A stretch of 60,007 nt of DNA from Octopus bimaculoides (taxonomy: Eukaryota). The position numbers were made by a program, and so were the translations under genes. The DNA is taken from contig NC_068999.1 in NCBI RefSeq assembly GCF_001194135.2, positions 6,939,260 to 6,999,266 of the forward strand, given 5' to 3'. Below, piece after piece: positions 11,017 to 22,625 of the stretch (position 1 is the stretch's first letter; each line of letters starts with the position of its first letter). The notes below the pieces were generated by a model. The model searched no databases and was not told where the DNA came from. It worked only from the letters and a program-made list of their open reading frames with translations.

Positions 11017-12330
11017 TTATTTCCGTTTTTTGACCGATGGTCTTTCAAACACTTGTTTCATGCCACCACCCTTTGATGTATGGAATTTAAGATTTTGTGC
11101 AGTGTCGGCCAGCCAAGGAGAATCGAACTGAGTCGTGTCTTGGTCAACCAAATGCGTATATTTGGTTCGTCCAGAACGACCAAAATTCTTCACCTGCATG
11201 ACTTTAGGTAGAATAGTCTTATCAAAATGATCTTCCAAAGTTGGTGCTGAAAAGTCCCGCTTGTAAACAGTATCTTCTTCGTCCATGAAAAACGCACCCC
11301 TATGATAATATTTCTGAAGAAACTTATATCGTCCTTTAGGTGCTTTGTTGGGTATAATCTTAGGATTAGCTCGCTGTTCTGATCGTCTTTCTTCATCGTT
11401 CATGTTTCGTAATCGGTCGATCTCACCCTTTTCTTTCTCCAGAGCTTCTCGTTCCTCTCGGTCACGCTTCATGCGTTTCAACTCACGAACTTTCCAGGCT
11501 TCGTATTCTTCTTCATCATTTTCGTCACCCGTATCCACAGCATCACACGGATCTTCCTCTTTCGTCTCTTCTAATTCTTTTCTTGCCTCTGTTTCAATTA
11601 TCTTTAGCGTTTGTCGTCGTCTTTCTTCCACCATTCGTTTCGTTTCGATTTCTTGTTCGCGTGCCTTTAAGTCCTCCTTCTCTTTTTCTTGGATCGTGAT
11701 TCTGTCTTTCTTTCTAACGAAAACAGGCTTTAATCTAGGCCCAGTTTCTTCTTCAGAATCGGTATATTCCTCATATTCAGACGATTCTTCATCACTTTCG
11801 CCTTCAGATTTTTCATCTTCAAGGTCCATAACTTCTTCTTCCTCTTCTTCTTTTCTTTGTAAGGCCCGTTGCCTTAACAATTCTCTCCTTCTCTCGATTT
11901 CTTCTTCATCCAATTCTTCTTCTTCGCTACTTTCCTCTTCCTCTCGCCGGTGCCTGTCATCCATTTCATCTTCGGATGCTTCCATGACAACTTCTGGCTC
12001 AATAACTTCCCTACGATGTCTCGTAACCCGATCCTCCACATCGCTATCATCATCAATCGTTCTCTCTTTCAACCGTCTCAAACGAGGATCTTCGGATTTG
12101 TTATCAACAAGAACCGGTTTAGGAGCATCACGTACCTTCTTCGGTCCGAAATTGAACTCAACCTCTTCTTCTTCCTCGCTGCTAGAATCGGGAGCGTAGT
12201 CAGGTCTTTTACCCGTCACATACCGATTCACTTTCACCTTTTGCATCGTGATGTCTCCCTTTTCATTCTTAATCGTCACGGCCCCTGCCGTCGACTGGAT
12301 CGGGATCGTGTTATTCACTCGTCCACTCAT
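11017..12330 (-). CDS. MFAP1: Microfibrillar-associated protein 1 (spliceosomal B-complex protein), single-exon CDS, 437 aa
   Basis: Uninterrupted ORF with the hallmark motifs IQSTAGAV, RYVTGKRPDYA, PRLKPVFVRKKDRIT, YEAWKVRELKR, FLQKYYHRGAFF, KNFGRSGRTKYTHLVDQDTT. Confidence 0.98.
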   Translation of the reverse strand: MSGRVNNTIPIQSTAGAVTIKNEKGDITMQKVKVNRYVTGKRPDYAPDSSSEEEEEVEFNFGPKKVRDAPKPVLVDNKSEDPRLRRLKERTIDDDSDVEDRVTRHRREVIEPEVVMEASEDEMDDRHRREEEESSEEEELDEEEIERRRELLRQRALQRKEEEEEEVMDLEDEKSEGESDEESSEYEEYTDSEEETGPRLKPVFVRKKDRITIQEKEKEDLKAREQEIETKRMVEERRRQTLKIIETEARKELEETKEEDPCDAVDTGDENDEEEYEAWKVRELKRMKRDREEREALEKEKGEIDRLRNMNDEERRSEQRANPKIIPNKAPKGRYKFLQKYYHRGAFFMDEEDTVYKRDFSAPTLEDHFDKTILPKVMQVKNFGRSGRTKYTHLVDQDTTQFDSPWLADTAQNLKFHTSKGGGMKQVFERPSVKKRK

Positions 12331-13247
12331 GTTTCAACCGAAGAGGGAAAAACAAACTTTACAACATGTAAACAATATCTGATATAAGCAAAGGAGTATT
12401 TACCAATCCAGGTAAACCTCGATAGAGGTATTGTGAGTCAGGAGTAATATCTACTCCAGGTTTGACTGTGTATTTCAGTAACAAAGGTGAACGGAGTCAG
12501 GAAATATCACAGATTTCAAAACATGGATGAAATTTACTCATTGGAGCTTTATTTCCTCCAATTCTAAAGAGTGAACTACGTTGATTAATAATAGTAAACC
12601 AGAGTTATCTTCTCTTGGTGATCAGAGCAACATGTTTGATTTTTGACACCTGCATGTTTTGTCGATGATTTCTTTTGTGGTTAATTAAGCATGCTCAGGG
12701 TAAGATTATGGAACTATTTAAAAAGAAAAAAAAAATGACAACGTTAACATTTTAAACTTACTAACCATTTCTTTGTTAACAGTTGAAATATATACTAACT
12801 TATAACCTTCAGGTATCCTGTAAAGGTGATTAGTGATCAATTATCATTATCATTATTATTATTATTGCTATTGTTGTTATTATTATTGATAAGGTGGTGA
12901 GCTGGCAGAATCGTTATCACTCCGGACAAAATGCTTAGCAGCGTTTCGTCCGTCTTCACCTTCTGAGTTTAAATGGAATACCTAAATAAGTACCAGTTGA
13001 ACACTGAGGGGTCGATGTAATCGACATGGCCACTCCCCCAAAATTTCAGGTTATATATTTCTCTTTGGCAGATTTTCTTTAACTAACGATTCAGAAGATA
13101 AAAGAAAGAAGATTTTGTTTTTTGCTTATTCAATTTCTGCTTTAAATTAATACTTCTAATACCTGTTAATTGCGCTTATATTGCTTACTTTTGCTGTATT
13201 TCTTTCTTTCTCTTTCACAGACACTTTTTTTTTTACATTCAACGTTT

Positions 13248-13513
13248 GGTCCAGATGGACTATATGTAATCTGAACCTTTCCCCCCTAACTCAAACCCTA
13301 ACCCTAAACCTAACCCTAACACTAGTTTTGTGAGATTTGGCTGTTATTTCTAGCATGTAAATAGCCTGCTTGGTGGTGGGGGGGAATTGAAATTTATTCA
13401 AAAATTTTTTTTTCAGAATCGGAATCTCCATAGCCTAAAACGTGGGATTCCGTAAAAAAAAATTAATAAATAAGGGGGGGAAAGGTTCAGATTACATATA
13501 GTCCATCTCTACC
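13248..13513. mobile_element. MITE with long TIRs, 8-bp TSD and internal CCCTAA repeats
   Basis: TIR core agatggactatatgtaatctgaacctttccccc; TSD CAACGTTT at 13240-47 and 13514-21; degenerate ctaacc repeats about 13285-13320. Confidence 0.88.
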
Positions 13514-14069
13514 CAACGTTTTTTCGTAATGTATAATAAAGGATGCATTTTGAGTTAATTTCCGTTGACCTGTTTTACTTTAAATATTAAAATAACGATT
13601 ATTTTTTTCTCTGCGTGTGTTCGCTTTTGATTGGCCATGTACACATACGTTTTTATTCTGAGTGGGCGAATGGCCTTTTGAATTTGCTACCCTTGAAATA
13701 TTTATTATTTATATATAGGTATTCCTACATATGTGCCCGCTCCTGACTTAGTTGCCACACAACTTCCAGAAAAAATGGATATTTTAAAATGTCATTTTCT
13801 ACAAATGCGCATCAGATGGATGGTGTAGATTCCAATTATATCAAATTATGTGGGGGAGGGGGAGGATTCTGGAGGTGGAGCGAGGAGTGTATGAAAATTT
13901 ACACGTAACGGCTTTCTTTACCCATAACTTTCAGAAAAATGGGTAATTTTTTTTCACAAAATTTTCTATAGATATCTTTCAGAGTGTGTAGATTACGATT
14001 ATATTGGAATTTGATATGATAAAACAAAAAAAGAAATTTAATGATGGGCTCGTGCACATACATACTAAA

Positions 14070-14800
14070 TGTAGGGCACTGTTAAGGGGATGATAATTGA
14101 CGACCTGCAGACACGGACTTCACTGCGGTTTGCTAGTGAGCTGGTCCACAGAAAGAAGGGACTTCAGATTAGGCGGGGAGAGAAATCTCAGGTACTTAAG
14201 ATGGTCGATTGTACTCGCTCTCATAATGTGTAGCTAATTGAAGTGAAATAAACAATATCTCGACGCAATCTTGTTCCGGATTGTTTTTATGTATAGCTTG
14301 CTCAAGCTATAACTGTTCACCCCGAAGTACAAAACGCAAATATGGCGAGCGATCACACCATCACCGTGAAACTATCACGATTCTGGCTGAAGCGGGCCGA
14401 AGTATGGTTCGCACAGATTGAAGCACAATTCACCATACGGACGGTCACCTCGGACCTCACAAAGTATTCCTATGTAACAGCGGCACTGGATAAGGACCCA
14501 GCAATAAAGGTAATATACATCCTAACCCTACGGTCTGCCACTCACAAATACGCCATTTTGAAATACAGACTGGCTTATTGACCAAGAAGCAATAATCAGG
14601 TACAGGATGCAAAAGACTTAGTTGATTCCAAAGCTTCCGAGCTTATGGATAGGATGCTGGCATTAATGCACCATGGTGAGTTTATTTATTATTTTTTTTT
14701 TTGTATTTAGGGAGATATTCCTTCGGAAATAACCACCCCAGGTCCATGCCCTCATAACGCCGACCGAGATCAAAGACCCAAGGCAGTTAGCGAAAGTGGC
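14070..14800 (+). mobile_element. Degenerate Gypsy-type LTR retrotransposon 5' end (LTR, PBS, gag-like ORF)
   Basis: TG-start LTR-like segment with AATAAA, PBS-like tgttcaccccg 14314-24, then VKLSRFW...VWFAQIEAQF...TKYSYVTAALD and, after stops, DSKASELMDRMLAL. Confidence 0.7.
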
Positions 14801-15059
14801 TGAAAAGCGATTTTTGATCGATGGGGACAACAACCATCAACACGTCAACAGCAACACGTTGCACCTGCCGCCCCTCGCGAAGCAGCCGTCTCAGACCGAG
14901 TACAAATTCTCGGGCGGACATGGCGCACAGTCAACCCCCTCGTCCCATAACCGACCTCTCCAATTTTTTTTCCTATGTTAACGATGACGGAGATTCCGAA
15001 TATGCAAAAAAACACGTTTTCAAAAATTTTTATGCCCCACCCCCTTTTTTTTAATACTC

Positions 15060-15428
15060 TCTTTTACTTGTTTCAGTCATTTGACTGCAGCCATGCTGGA
15101 GCACCGCTTTTAGTCGAGGAAATCGACCCCAGGACTTATCTTTTGTAAGCCTAGTACTTATTCTATCGGTCACTTTGCCGAACTGCTAAGTTACAGGGAC
15201 GTAAACACACCAGCATCGGTTGTCAAGCGATGTTGGGGGTGGGACAAACACACACACATATACATATATACGACGGGCTTCTTTCAGTTTCCGTCTACCA
15301 AATCCACTCACAGGGCTTTGGTCGGCCGGAGGCTATAGTAGAAGGCACTTGCCCAAGGTGCCACGCAGTGGGACTGAACCCGGAACCATGTAGTTGGTAA
15401 GCAAGCTACTTACCGCACAGCCACTCTT
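15060..15428 (-). mobile_element. tRNA-derived SINE, near full length
   Basis: Reverse complement of the same SINE family consensus. Confidence 0.8.
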
Positions 15429-15768
15429 TAACGTTTATCGAATTTTCTTTTTTTCAATCTGCCTGGAAAGGCACGGAGATTAAGAATGTAGGGAAAATAA
15501 CATTTTAATTTCAAATTTTTTATGAAAAATTCCAAAATTGTCCACCCCCCTCACCACCTCATTCCGCTGTCTAAAAGTGAAAATGAACGGCTGTTTTGTC
15601 CGTTTGCGCATGCGTAGATATATAGTGAACCATCAAAAGGTCACGCATGTGAAGCCCTCACCAGAAAATTCGATATGCTAAAAATAACAGTTAAATGTTT
15701 GTGTGTACGCGCGCGCAACAATTTCTACAGCTTATCCGAATAAACAGAGAAAGTACACAGAAATAGTT

Positions 15769-15960
15769 GGTACTACTAAAGCAGCGCGGACCCGAACGCG
15801 CAGTCGCGCGTCGTGAGTGGTCGATCCTAACCCTAACCCTAAACACGTATTCATTTGCACACGCGGGTTAGGGATAGGGTTAGGGTTAGAATCAACCACT
15901 CCAGACTAGCTAGCGCGGACGTGCGACTGCGCGTTCGATCCGCGCTGCTTTAGTAGTACC
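15769..15960. mobile_element. 192-bp palindromic MITE with 9-bp TSD (Mutator-like) and inverted telomeric repeats
   Basis: TIR ggtactactaaagcagcgcgga...gaacgcgcagtcgc; TSD GAAATAGTT at 15760-68 and 15961-69; CCCTAA repeats on the left arm, TTAGGG repeats on the right arm. Confidence 0.92.
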
Positions 15961-16519
15961 GAAATAGTTATGGAGGATCCGATTCTGAAAAAAAAAAATT
16001 TCAAAAATTGCATTTTCAAAATTTCATGTTATCGCAGTTTTGTGAGATTTGGCTGTTATTTCTAGCATGTGGATAGCCGGCTTGAAGGTCTGAGGGTATA
16101 TTCTTTCACTTGTTTCAGTCATTTATTTGACTGCAGCCATGGTGGAGCACCGCCTTTAGTCGAGTAAATCGACCCCAGGACTTATTCTTTGTAAGCCTAG
16201 TGCTTATTCTATCGGGCACTTTTGTCGAACCGCTAAGTTATGGGGACGTAAACACACCAGCATCGGTTGTCAAGCGATGTTGGGGACACACACACACATA
16301 TAAATACATACGACGGGAAAATGTTAAGGTGTGCTCTACCTTTCTTTTTAAATGTTAGGACCAATGTAAAAAATATAGTTTCTAGGCCCTACTAGAAATA
16401 TAATTCCCAGAAGGCCATTAATATAGAAAAATTTTGATAGGCTTTCTGTGAAGGTCAGTTATGATTACAGTCCTAACATGAATAAATAGATTCACCCAAC
16501 AGGCTATTCCAGCCCACAC

Positions 16520-16830
16520 TTGTAGAAATGTAGTACCTGTATCCACTAGATCAGGCATGCAATGTCAGATCAGTAATATATGAAATTGAAGTCACCCATT
16601 GGTTACCAAATTCAATGATTGCTAAGAAAATGTATGTTGGTATGTGTGAGGGTGAATTCAAGAAAAGATTTCATAATCACAAGTCATCATTCAGCCACTC
16701 TGACAATAAAAATAGCAACCCACATCTGGAAAATGAAGGACAACACTACTTACAACTTCAAATGAAGAATTCTCAAGAGGTCAAAACCACATGTAAATGG
16801 ATCAAAGAAATGTAGCCTTTGTATAACAGA
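16520..16830 (+). mobile_element. Penelope-like retroelement GIY-YIG endonuclease remnant
   Basis: SVIYEIEV...KMYVGMCEGEFKKRFHNHKSSF, then frameshifted. Confidence 0.7.
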
Positions 16831-17259
16831 GAGAGCACACATTCTGTTAAATTTGAAGAGCCAAACAGCTATTTAAATTCTGGAACTGATATTTTCATTA
16901 GATGTGTACATCAAAACTAGTTTAATTTATCCAATGAGATGATGTCTACTATGCTGAGATGACTAACAATTCTCCAGGGCAGTCCTCCATTTCCACACTT
17001 AACCTGCTCAAGGCTCATGCATTATGCACACATCTACACTTGAGTTACTTACAATTGTAGCTATATCAATTGACCACTAACACTAGGTATTGTATGTAGA
17101 CATCTGAATCACCCAGACCAACACATGAACCACCAATAAATGTAATCACTTAATTTGACATAATATGCTAGCAAAGTATTTTTCACTCTGTTTAAGAAGA
17201 TAATTCTTTTAGCTTATAAATGAATACTGACAATCCAAGGAACAGAACATACATTTTAA

Positions 17260-17480
17260 CTCTTTTGATACCGACCCAGCTGGAATCACCTCTGGCTCTG
17301 TAGTACAAATGTCTTGTTTATAAAAGTTCTGAATTGAAATCTCTCACCAAACCTTAGTCACAATTTTTGTTCCTAACACTAGCTTAATGATAACTAAGTT
17401 ATTTTTTGCTAAATCCTTTGTTATATTTAAAATTAATTGAAAGAAACACAGAGCATCTCAACAGAAATGTAACAAAACGG
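17260..17480. mobile_element. piggyBac-type MITE
   Basis: TTAA on both flanks with degenerate TIRs (ctcttttgatac / gtaacaaaacgg); related ends at 1856 and 2301. Confidence 0.5.
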
Positions 17481-18385
17481 TTAAATTACTGAGTTACAAC
17501 CTCTTCCATGCAAATGGCTCATTCAAGTAACATTTTTCTCAAAAAAATCTCATACTACTTATAGCCATTTTGATGACAAACCTGAAGGTTGCTGCAATAA
17601 GATGGCAACAGCTTCATCTAAGTTAAGTCGGATATCTTTTCTCTTGACATAAAGTTGAATTAGTTTGTCTCAGACAAGATACTGTTTATAAAATATTAAC
17701 AACTCTCAAATTGTGAACCTTTCGGAAAATGAACAGTACACTGTGTATGTGTGTGGCTATAAAGGCAAAAGAAAAATTTCTGTGCCAAATGCTGAGAAAT
17801 AAACTTTAAATCGTCAATCACCACATACAATATATATATACACACACACATACATACACAATGCCAATAAATTATTGTTCCTGAACATCATCATCATCAT
17901 CATGGACTGAGGCCATGCTGGGGCACCACCTCAAAAGTCTGGTGCCTATTTTATCAGTTTCTTTTGATGAACTACTAATTTACAGGGATGTGAACAAACC
18001 ACCTGTCATTAAGCAGTGTGGCAGAACAAACAAAAAGACAATCACTCATGCATATACATGATGGGCTTCTACACAATTTCCACCTACAAAAATTCACTCA
18101 CAAGCCATTGGTAAGCCCAAAGTGCTGTGCTGCACTGTGGGACTGAACCCAAAACCATATGGTTTCAATGCAAGCTTCGTAACCACATAACCATGTCTGC
18201 ATCTTAATATGTTTTTTGTTTTTGTGTCCCCCCCCCCCTCCTGTAAAGAATACCTAAATGTAAATTATAAATTCACGTTTTTTGTTTTTTTTTTCTCATT
18301 TTCCAGGAGTTGTAGATAGATTACAGTTTCATTTCTGGAAACTGACAATAAATGAGACAAAGCGACAGGAAAACGAGAGAGCAGA

Positions 18386-19072
18386 ATGAATCATTCTCAG
18401 GATGGTCTCCGCCAACGGCACAAGAAGAAATCAATCATAAAATCAGCAATCTCTTCGACATCACAGAAATTTCAAAGTCTTTCTTTGAAAACTAAATGCC
18501 TCTTTGTTCTCCTTGCTTTCACACTTCTTGTTGCGTATATAATAATGCTCTGGTATCAGGTGACAAACAGGCTCCGTGAATTTACCTACATACAAGCTGA
18601 TACATGCCCTGCATGTTATGGCTCTAGCATATGTCTTGCTCTATTCAGGGGTGATGCCCACTTCACTGGCATGCTTTCAAAGATTCGGTCTTTTGATTAT
18701 TTAAATTCTAAGAATTTCCATTACGGCAAATTAAACGGCAAAGAGGTTGTTTTAAAAAAACTAGTAGCAGACGATGTGTTGAAAGACTTAGACGACAAAA
18801 TCTGCCGTAGTGCTCGAAGGACTCCTGGTTGTGACGTTGCGAGGGTGGTTGTTAAAGCTGATTTTGTCTCTCAAGTTCGGCAACATGAATTGGAAGTGGA
18901 TCATCTGAAAGGTGTTAACGATATGTTTTACTGTCCATCTCGGCGCCTTCTTGATCGACTACTGAAATATTACCTGGAGAAGTACTCGTACGAGGCACCA
19001 TATTTCTACGCAGTTGATAAAATACAGATTTTGATAACAGCTATGATTAGTTCGGAGCCATTAATGCTACAG
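18386..19072 (+). CDS. DIPK2A: DIPK2A/C3orf58 (DIA1)-family divergent kinase, first coding exon (229 codons; N-terminal TM, CPACYGSSIC, VVLKKL, SEPLMLQ)
   Basis: Acceptor at 18305-06, ATG 18386, donor GTAATC at 19073; motifs match recalled DIPK2A CPACFGTSWC, VVLKRL, NPEPLVLQ. Paralog 2A versus 2B cannot be resolved by eye. Confidence 0.85.
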
Positions 19073-19908
19073 GTAATCTTTCGTCTTTTATTTGTTCTAC
19101 TCCTTTTAGTCACTGGACCACAACCATGCTGGGGGCCCCATCTTGAAGGGCTTAGTCAAGCATATCAACCCTAGCTAGGGACTTAGCCTATCTTCCCTTT
19201 CACTGAACTAGTAAGTTACAGGGCTGTAAACAAACCAACACCAGTTCTCGAGCAGTGGGAGCAACAAAAATAAACACAGATACACACATATATCATTTAT
19301 CTTTTTCCTTGTTACAGTCATTGAATTGTGGCCATGCTGGAATACCCCTGTACTTATCCTTCTTCAAGCCTGATCCTTATGCTGTTGGTCCCTTTTACCG
19401 AACTGCTAAGTTGTGGGAATGTAGAACCACCAACACTGGTTGTCAGATATTGGTAGGGAACAAACACAAACTCACACATACACACAGAGGATGGGCTTTT
19501 TTCAGTTTCCATCTATCAAATCCACTCACAAGGCTTTGGTCAACTCAAGGTCATAGTACAAGACACTTGCCCACAGTGCTATGCAGTGGGACTGAACCCA
19601 GAACCATGTGGTTGGGAAGCAGGCTTTTTACCACATAACCATTCCTGCACCTATATGGTTCACCTTTTATTTTCTTTCTATACTGTTTTGTCAATGGTTG
19701 CTATTTTGGATAAATGTTGTGAATTCCATACCTAATTAGCAATAGATTCTTTAGTAATTCCACCCTACATTGCCAAGCATATTTTTCTCTTTAAATGTCT
19801 ACTTGTTTATAGTCCACTTACATTTTTCGTTAAAGGTAGGTCCTTTCAGCAGGTGATGTAACATACATTGTCTCTTTCTATGTCTGGCGGGAAGCATTCT
19901 TTTGTTAT

Positions 19909-20034
19909 AAGTAGATACCTTTCAGTAGGTGATGACATGGTATGGATGTTAAGTAGGTACCTTTCAGTAGGTGATGACAATGTGTGGATCTTAAAGAGGT
20001 ACCTTTCAGTAGGTGATGATATGATGTGGATCTT
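19909..20034. repeat. 3 x 42-bp minisatellite
   Basis: Unit ~aagtaggtacctttcagtaggtgatgacatggtatggatgtt starting at 19909, 19951 and 19993. Confidence 0.9.
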
Positions 20035-20345
20035 ATCACCACCAAAAGCAATTCATATGAATGCTTTATATTTATTTTGGGATGTTGGTGCCATGTATAA
20101 AAACACCCAGTTCATTCTGTAGAATGGTTAGCATTAGGAAGGGCATCCAGTCGTAGAAACCATACCAAACCAGACATGGATCCCAGCAGCTCTCCAGCTG
20201 GCCATCTCCTGTCAAACCGTCCAACTTATGTCAGCATGGGAACCGGTTTTTATATGATGAGGATAATCATGTTTTTTTTTGGGGGGGGGGTTTTAACACA
20301 AATTCAACAGAACCAAATTCTTGACAGTAAGATGGTGATGGTGTG

Positions 20346-20378
<33 letters not shown>

Positions 20379-20423
20379 CTTTATCTTTTAAGTAACAACT
20401 GTTTCTTTTAAAATTTTTTTCAG

Positions 20424-20546
20424 ACATTTCCAGCATCTCAAGGGTGGCCATTTCCTTCATATATTGGAGCTTGTGGACGTTTTGTTCTTTTGGAAAACTG
20501 TGGCGAAAGTTTGCAGAATTTTCATCAGGCATCTCTAAAGAAACGA
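20424..20546 (+). CDS. DIPK2A: DIPK2A-like exon: TFPASQGWPFPSYIGACGRFVLLENCGESLQNFHQASLKKR
   Basis: AG/GTAAGT bounded, 41 codons; GWPF..Y.GACGR family motif. Absent from the ORF track. Confidence 0.9.
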
Positions 20547-20804
20547 GTAAGTAATTGAGATTTGCTTTTTGGTTTGTTTGTTTTTTAATTAAATGTTTTA
20601 TAAAGTAAAATATATTAGTGCTTAACGTATCATTATTATTATTTTAATTAATCAATATTTCCTTTAACAATTGAATAAATCAAATTGCTAATTGAGTTGC
20701 AGTGGCTGAGGTTGAGATTCTGTCTAATCAACCACCTGATCATAGGTTCAGGTTCTACCTCTACCCTTCTGAAGTGCCTTGGTATAATGCTACTTGCTTT
20801 AGTT

Positions 20805-21510
20805 ATCTTTTACTTGTTCCAGTCATTGCCTTGAATTCTTAGTCGATATGAATCAAGCCCAGTACCTTTTTTGAGCTTGGTACTTGCTCTATCGGTTTCT
20901 TTTGCCGAACTGCTAACTTATGGGGATGCAAACGCATCAACACTGGTTGTCAAGCAGTGGGAGACAAAAAGGGACGAACACACACATATGTACAATGAGC
21001 TTCTTTCAGTTTCCATCTACCAAATCCACTCACAAGGGCTTTGGTTGGCTCAAGGTTACAGTAGAAGACACTTGCCCAAGGTGCTGCAGAGTGGGACTGA
21101 ACCCAGAATCAAGTGGTTGAGAAGCAAATTTCTTACCACACAACCATCCCTGCACCTCCCTCCCCAATAGGTCCAGGAGTGGCCATGGTTCCAGGTTCAG
21201 TCCCATTGCGTGGCACCTTGGAAAAGTGTCTTCTATAACCTTGGGCCGACCAAAGCCTTGTGAGTGGATTTAGTAGATGGAAACTGAAAGAAGCCCGTCA
21301 CACACACATATGTGTGTGTTTTTGTCCCCCTACCATTGCTTGACAACCGATGCTGGTGTGTTTACATCCCTGTAACTTAGCAGTTCAATAAAAGAGACCA
21401 ATAGAATAAGTCCTAGGCTTACAAAGGATAAGTCCTGTGGTCAGTTTGTTCGACTAAAGGCAGTGCTCCAGCATGGCCGCAGTCAAATGACTGAAACAAG
21501 TAAAGGAATA
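20805..21510. mobile_element. Head-to-head inverted pair of tRNA-derived SINEs
   Basis: Minus copy about 20805-21165 and plus copy about 21180-21510 of the same family. Confidence 0.85.
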
Positions 21511-21626
21511 GAATATTTCATTTCTATGTTGTTGTTCTTTTTGTACTGCTTCTTATCATTTTCATATTTATATACACAATTGTATTTGTATTATATTCTC
21601 TCTACTTGTTATGTATTGCCTTACAG

Positions 21627-21804
21627 TATGACCTGGCCTACCAAGTGATGAAAATTGCTAATTTCCTCGCAGAAAATCCATCTAATTTTTCTTTATATTG
21701 GACAAGTTTGAAGCCCAGTGATTTTGTAGTCGATCAAAACGGACACGTGAAATTTGTGGACCTGAAAAATATCATAGTTGTAGATAAAGAAGAGTACAAA
21801 GAAG
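21627..21804 (+). CDS. DIPK2A: DIPK2A-like exon: YDLAYQVMKIANFLAENPSNFSLYWTSLKPSDFVVDQNGHVKFVDLKNIIVVDKEEYKE
   Basis: AG/GTAAGT bounded, ends in phase 1; aligns to DLAWQLMEIAEQL...VIIVDAENVLVADK. Confidence 0.88.
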
Positions 21805-22625
21805 GTAAGTGGACCATTTTTAAGTCTTGTTTTTGCATTTCTTTTTGTTGGTATTTTTCTGTCTCTTGTTAGGTACAGGTGTAGCTTCGTGGTTGAGAAG
21901 CTTGCTTTTCAGCCATGTGGTTCAGTCCCATTACATGGGACCTTGGATAATTGTCTTCTATTACAGCTGTAGGCCAACCAAAGTGTTGTGACTGGATTTA
22001 GTAGCCTCCGTGTGACTCAACATCCGAAGATCATGCTTCACTACCTTGTCCCAGGAAGACATGGGATGAGGTGGTGGCGTATAATTTTTGGATGTTGCTT
22101 CTCATGGAGGTGATGACGAGAGATGGAGACCTTTGGCGATTTGCTGTGCTTGAGAAGACATGTTAAGCCAAGTGAGATCACAGTTGTGGCCAGTACCGGT
22201 GACACACAAAAGGCACTCACTACACCCTTGGAGATGTTGGTGTTATGATAGGCCATTATTTTGATAAGGGGCTCCGAAAGGGGTCTCAGGGAATAGCGTT
22301 CCTACTTTCCTGAGCTAGTTTTCCACCACAAAAATTGTGGTAGAGGCTTTGGTCTTGGGGCCACTCGTGTCTAGAAACTGAAGTTGGGGGTAAGCAAGGG
22401 CCTGCTCCCCGTAGAAAATCCAGCTCCAAAAAAGCCTCATGATAGCAAGGGAGCATGGGCTGCACCTGCCTACCTCGGTTGCTGTGGTATTGAGGTTGAT
22501 CCGGCTACCCCCATTAACAAGCACAAAACCTGGATTTAAAACACTGGATGATGATGATGATGATGATGATGATATTTCTACAGATATCCTATAGAAACTA
22601 TAGCCAGCACTGATATTTCGCTACA

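Noticed and set aside
11345-12387. Long plus-strand Ser-rich ORFs (284 aa and 145 aa)
   Set aside because: Antisense shadows of the Glu/Arg-rich MFAP1 CDS.
13285-13320. CCCTAA/TTAGGG tracts as relic chromosome fusions or a telomerase RNA template
   Set aside because: They are short, degenerate and enclosed within TIR- and TSD-bounded elements.
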